Virus record (IMG/VR): IMGVR_UViG_3300013830_000002
Span: 64,001-128,000 of that record
DNA from: a virus
Lineage: Duplodnaviria > Caudoviricetes
Strand: one strand, 5' to 3'
Length of the DNA stretch: 64,000 nt
Shown: piece after piece, positions 62,033-64,000 of the stretch
How positions within the stretch are numbered: position 1 is the first letter of the stretch
Layout: every line of letters starts with the position of its first letter
The notes under the pieces: model-generated
Told to the model about the DNA's origin: nothing
Databases searched by the model: none
The model's input: the letters and a program-made list of their open reading frames with translations, nothing else
Translations under genes and position numbers: made by a program

Positions 62033-63876
62033 ACTCTCTTAGCATAAATTCTAAACTGGCAATATCTAAAATTCAGAGGAGTTCCAATTGAGCCATATCT
62101 ACTTTGCCATGATTTATAATTTCCTGACCCGTAAGGGATTCCATCCTCATCGGTTTTAATAGTGCCAAATTGCTTAGCAACAAAATATTGTCCCCAGAAT
62201 GAAGCAGGAATCCACTCAAATGTTGGAACTCTTGTATCATCAAACATAACAGCTATTTCGTAGTCTGAACTAGGAGCAGTGAATGTATCAGTACTATTAG
62301 TTGCAATAAAACTTTCTCCTGGTGTAATAGTCCTGTTGGCATAAGTAATAGGCATCGTGCCATTATTGTAATAAGTAGCACCTTTCTGCAAGCCTTCAGA
62401 AGCCTTGATAGTTCGGTATATTACATTACTGCTTCTCACATAGATAGCATCCTCTATATTAACGTCATGCAATAGTGACAATGTCCCTGCACCATTATTA
62501 TCATCAGCAACTGAGTAAGTAGTATCAGCAGAAGTCACATTAATTATAATGCCATTTGTATAATTTACATTCTTATACATTATACTGCCATTCACCTTAT
62601 ATCTTCCAACAGGAAGAGTTTCTCCTGGATTATAAGTACTTTCTATAAACTTCCTTGTGTTGGCAAGTACACCAAAAGCAGGAAGTTTTGACTCAAACAA
62701 TCCCCAAATTGCATTTACATAATAACTATTTACATCCAACTTAATGATTTTACTAAGAATCTCTCCTTCAGTAAATGTAGCATCTTCATTAAGGTAAATT
62801 GAGTTATCCTTAATTCCCAAAATACCAGAAATACTATGCTCATCCCAAGTTTGAGGAATACCATCACTGCTTGCAAGAATAGGAATATTAATTGAAGGCT
62901 GCAAAGCACCATAGTATTGCTGTTTATTATCCTTATCATAATAAAAGGCTTCTGCAGTTAGCTTAAGGGTAAAGTCTCCATGAGTAGGATTATTGAATGT
63001 CTCTTCAGCAGTCTTTGTTCCAAAAACACAACTATTAAATGTGGTTTTTTCACCAGAAGTAATCTGTGCTTGCATAGCTTGAATAGTGGCAAGCCTTTCT
63101 TCTTGAGTTCCTGACATTTCAATTTTTGTACCATCGGATTTATAGAAATTACAATCTGATGTAAAATAACAGTTATTGAAAGTCATTCTTTCATTAATCC
63201 AGAAATCACATTTTGCATAAATATTATAGCTATGACTTGGTCTGCAATTATTCAGACCTCGGTCACTATTATTTATTCTATCAGCTAATGCTACATTATA
63301 TACAGTACTATGTTCCATATATCCTCCAAAATAAAGTTTATATGAAGTACTCATATATTTTGGCGTATCGTATATTTCATAGTTATTATTATTGTAGCCA
63401 CCAATGCATCCAATATATACTGGACTGTTTTGGACAAAACAGGAATGACCGGACAAACCGTACACGTTGGCGTCGAAGTCAACGACAGCATAGTTAGCGC
63501 CGTAAGCATTGTCGGCCGAGCCGACCCCAGCCAAATCAGCACGAGTATTTACACTAAAATCACCACTTAAAGGCAGGTTCTTGATAATCATTTTTGTATG
63601 TCTGAATCCATATAGCATATACGTACTTAGCCCATCAAAAACAGCAGCACCATAGTAGTCTCCTTGAATAGTGGCAGCATGGTTTCCGTCAGCCATATCT
63701 TCGGCAAAATACCCACGGCAAGTTATAGTGCTAGGCTTGCTTGAACTACCTCTCCAAGCACGTCCTAAAGACTGGTATGGATTTTGGGCAGTTCCATCAC
63801 CATTATAATCGTCTCCTATAAAAGAATCTACATACGTTCCACCATTGCTGGTTCTCCAATATAAAGTATTATTCAT
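62029..63876 (-). CDS. DGR target protein (615 aa), likely receptor-binding/fibre protein with an N-terminal beta-helix-like region
   Basis: Contains the VR at aa ~114-147. The N-terminus YVDSFIGDDYNGDGTAQNPYQSL resembles a DUF1565/beta-helix cap. No TAG codons. Confidence 0.8.
   Translation of the reverse strand: MNNTLYWRTSNGGTYVDSFIGDDYNGDGTAQNPYQSLGRAWRGSSSKPSTITCRGYFAEDMADGNHAATIQGDYYGAAVFDGLSTYMLYGFRHTKMIIKNLPLSGDFSVNTRADLAGVGSADNAYGANYAVVDFDANVYGLSGHSCFVQNSPVYIGCIGGYNNNNYEIYDTPKYMSTSYKLYFGGYMEHSTVYNVALADRINNSDRGLNNCRPSHSYNIYAKCDFWINERMTFNNCYFTSDCNFYKSDGTKIEMSGTQEERLATIQAMQAQITSGEKTTFNSCVFGTKTAEETFNNPTHGDFTLKLTAEAFYYDKDNKQQYYGALQPSINIPILASSDGIPQTWDEHSISGILGIKDNSIYLNEDATFTEGEILSKIIKLDVNSYYVNAIWGLFESKLPAFGVLANTRKFIESTYNPGETLPVGRYKVNGSIMYKNVNYTNGIIINVTSADTTYSVADDNNGAGTLSLLHDVNIEDAIYVRSSNVIYRTIKASEGLQKGATYYNNGTMPITYANRTITPGESFIATNSTDTFTAPSSDYEIAVMFDDTRVPTFEWIPASFWGQYFVAKQFGTIKTDEDGIPYGSGNYKSWQSRYGSIGTPLNFRYCQFRIYAKRV
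63436..63536 (-). repeat. DGR variable repeat (VR)
   Basis: Ungapped alignment to TR with A-to-N substitutions concentrated in AAC codons. Confidence 0.95.
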
Positions 63877-63886
63877 AAATCATTAT

Positions 63887-64000
63887 TTATTTTTGTGAAA
63901 TAGTAACAATATCCTTATCCTTAGCCCACGTTTTATTTCTGTAGACTCTTTCAACCATTACTGTAAATGTATCTTCATCTATAGTCCATTTTGATGGGCG
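63887..64000 (-). CDS. C-terminal end of an upstream gene (partial)
   Basis: Open frame ...EDTFTVMVERVYRNKTWAKDKDIVTISQK ending in TAA at 63887. Confidence 0.5.
   Translation of the reverse strand, partial: RPSKWTIDEDTFTVMVERVYRNKTWAKDKDIVTISQK

Noticed and set aside
1-64000. Fragmented ORFs read as pseudogenes or sequencing errors
   Set aside because: Breaks are at in-frame TAG without frameshifts, and conserved motifs span them. Recoding explains the pattern.
1-64000. Suppressor tRNA, release factor or inteins
   Set aside because: No cloverleaf or intein splice motifs were recognised by eye. They may lie outside the window, and tRNAscan or an HMM search is needed.

Overview
This is a ~64 kb virion/structural module of a crAss-like (Crassvirales) Bacteroidota phage, with all real genes on the minus strand. 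TAG is read as Gln (genetic code 15): the fragmented ORF track joins in frame at TAG into about 25 normal genes ending in TAA or TGA. In transcription order (right to left) the window holds: a diversity-generating retroelement (615-aa target with an internal, N-terminal variable repeat, a template repeat and an RT, but no recognisable Avd), a spanin-like gene, a fibre-like gene and a scaffold-like gene. The major capsid gene follows, split by five group I introns; three carry GIY-YIG homing endonucleases and one exon is only 18 nt. Then come conserved head/ring/IHF-like/tail-muzzle genes and a set of cargo proteins sharing a recurring [QK]xGG motif, including an M15 peptidase-glucosaminidase fusion. 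The window ends with three tandem giant proteins: one with an SF1 helicase domain, a virion RNA polymerase (DYDID) with a sixth group I intron, and one truncated by the window edge. Gene joins and splice sites were worked out by hand from frame arithmetic and P1/P10 pairing. Family assignments come from remembered motifs, not database searches.
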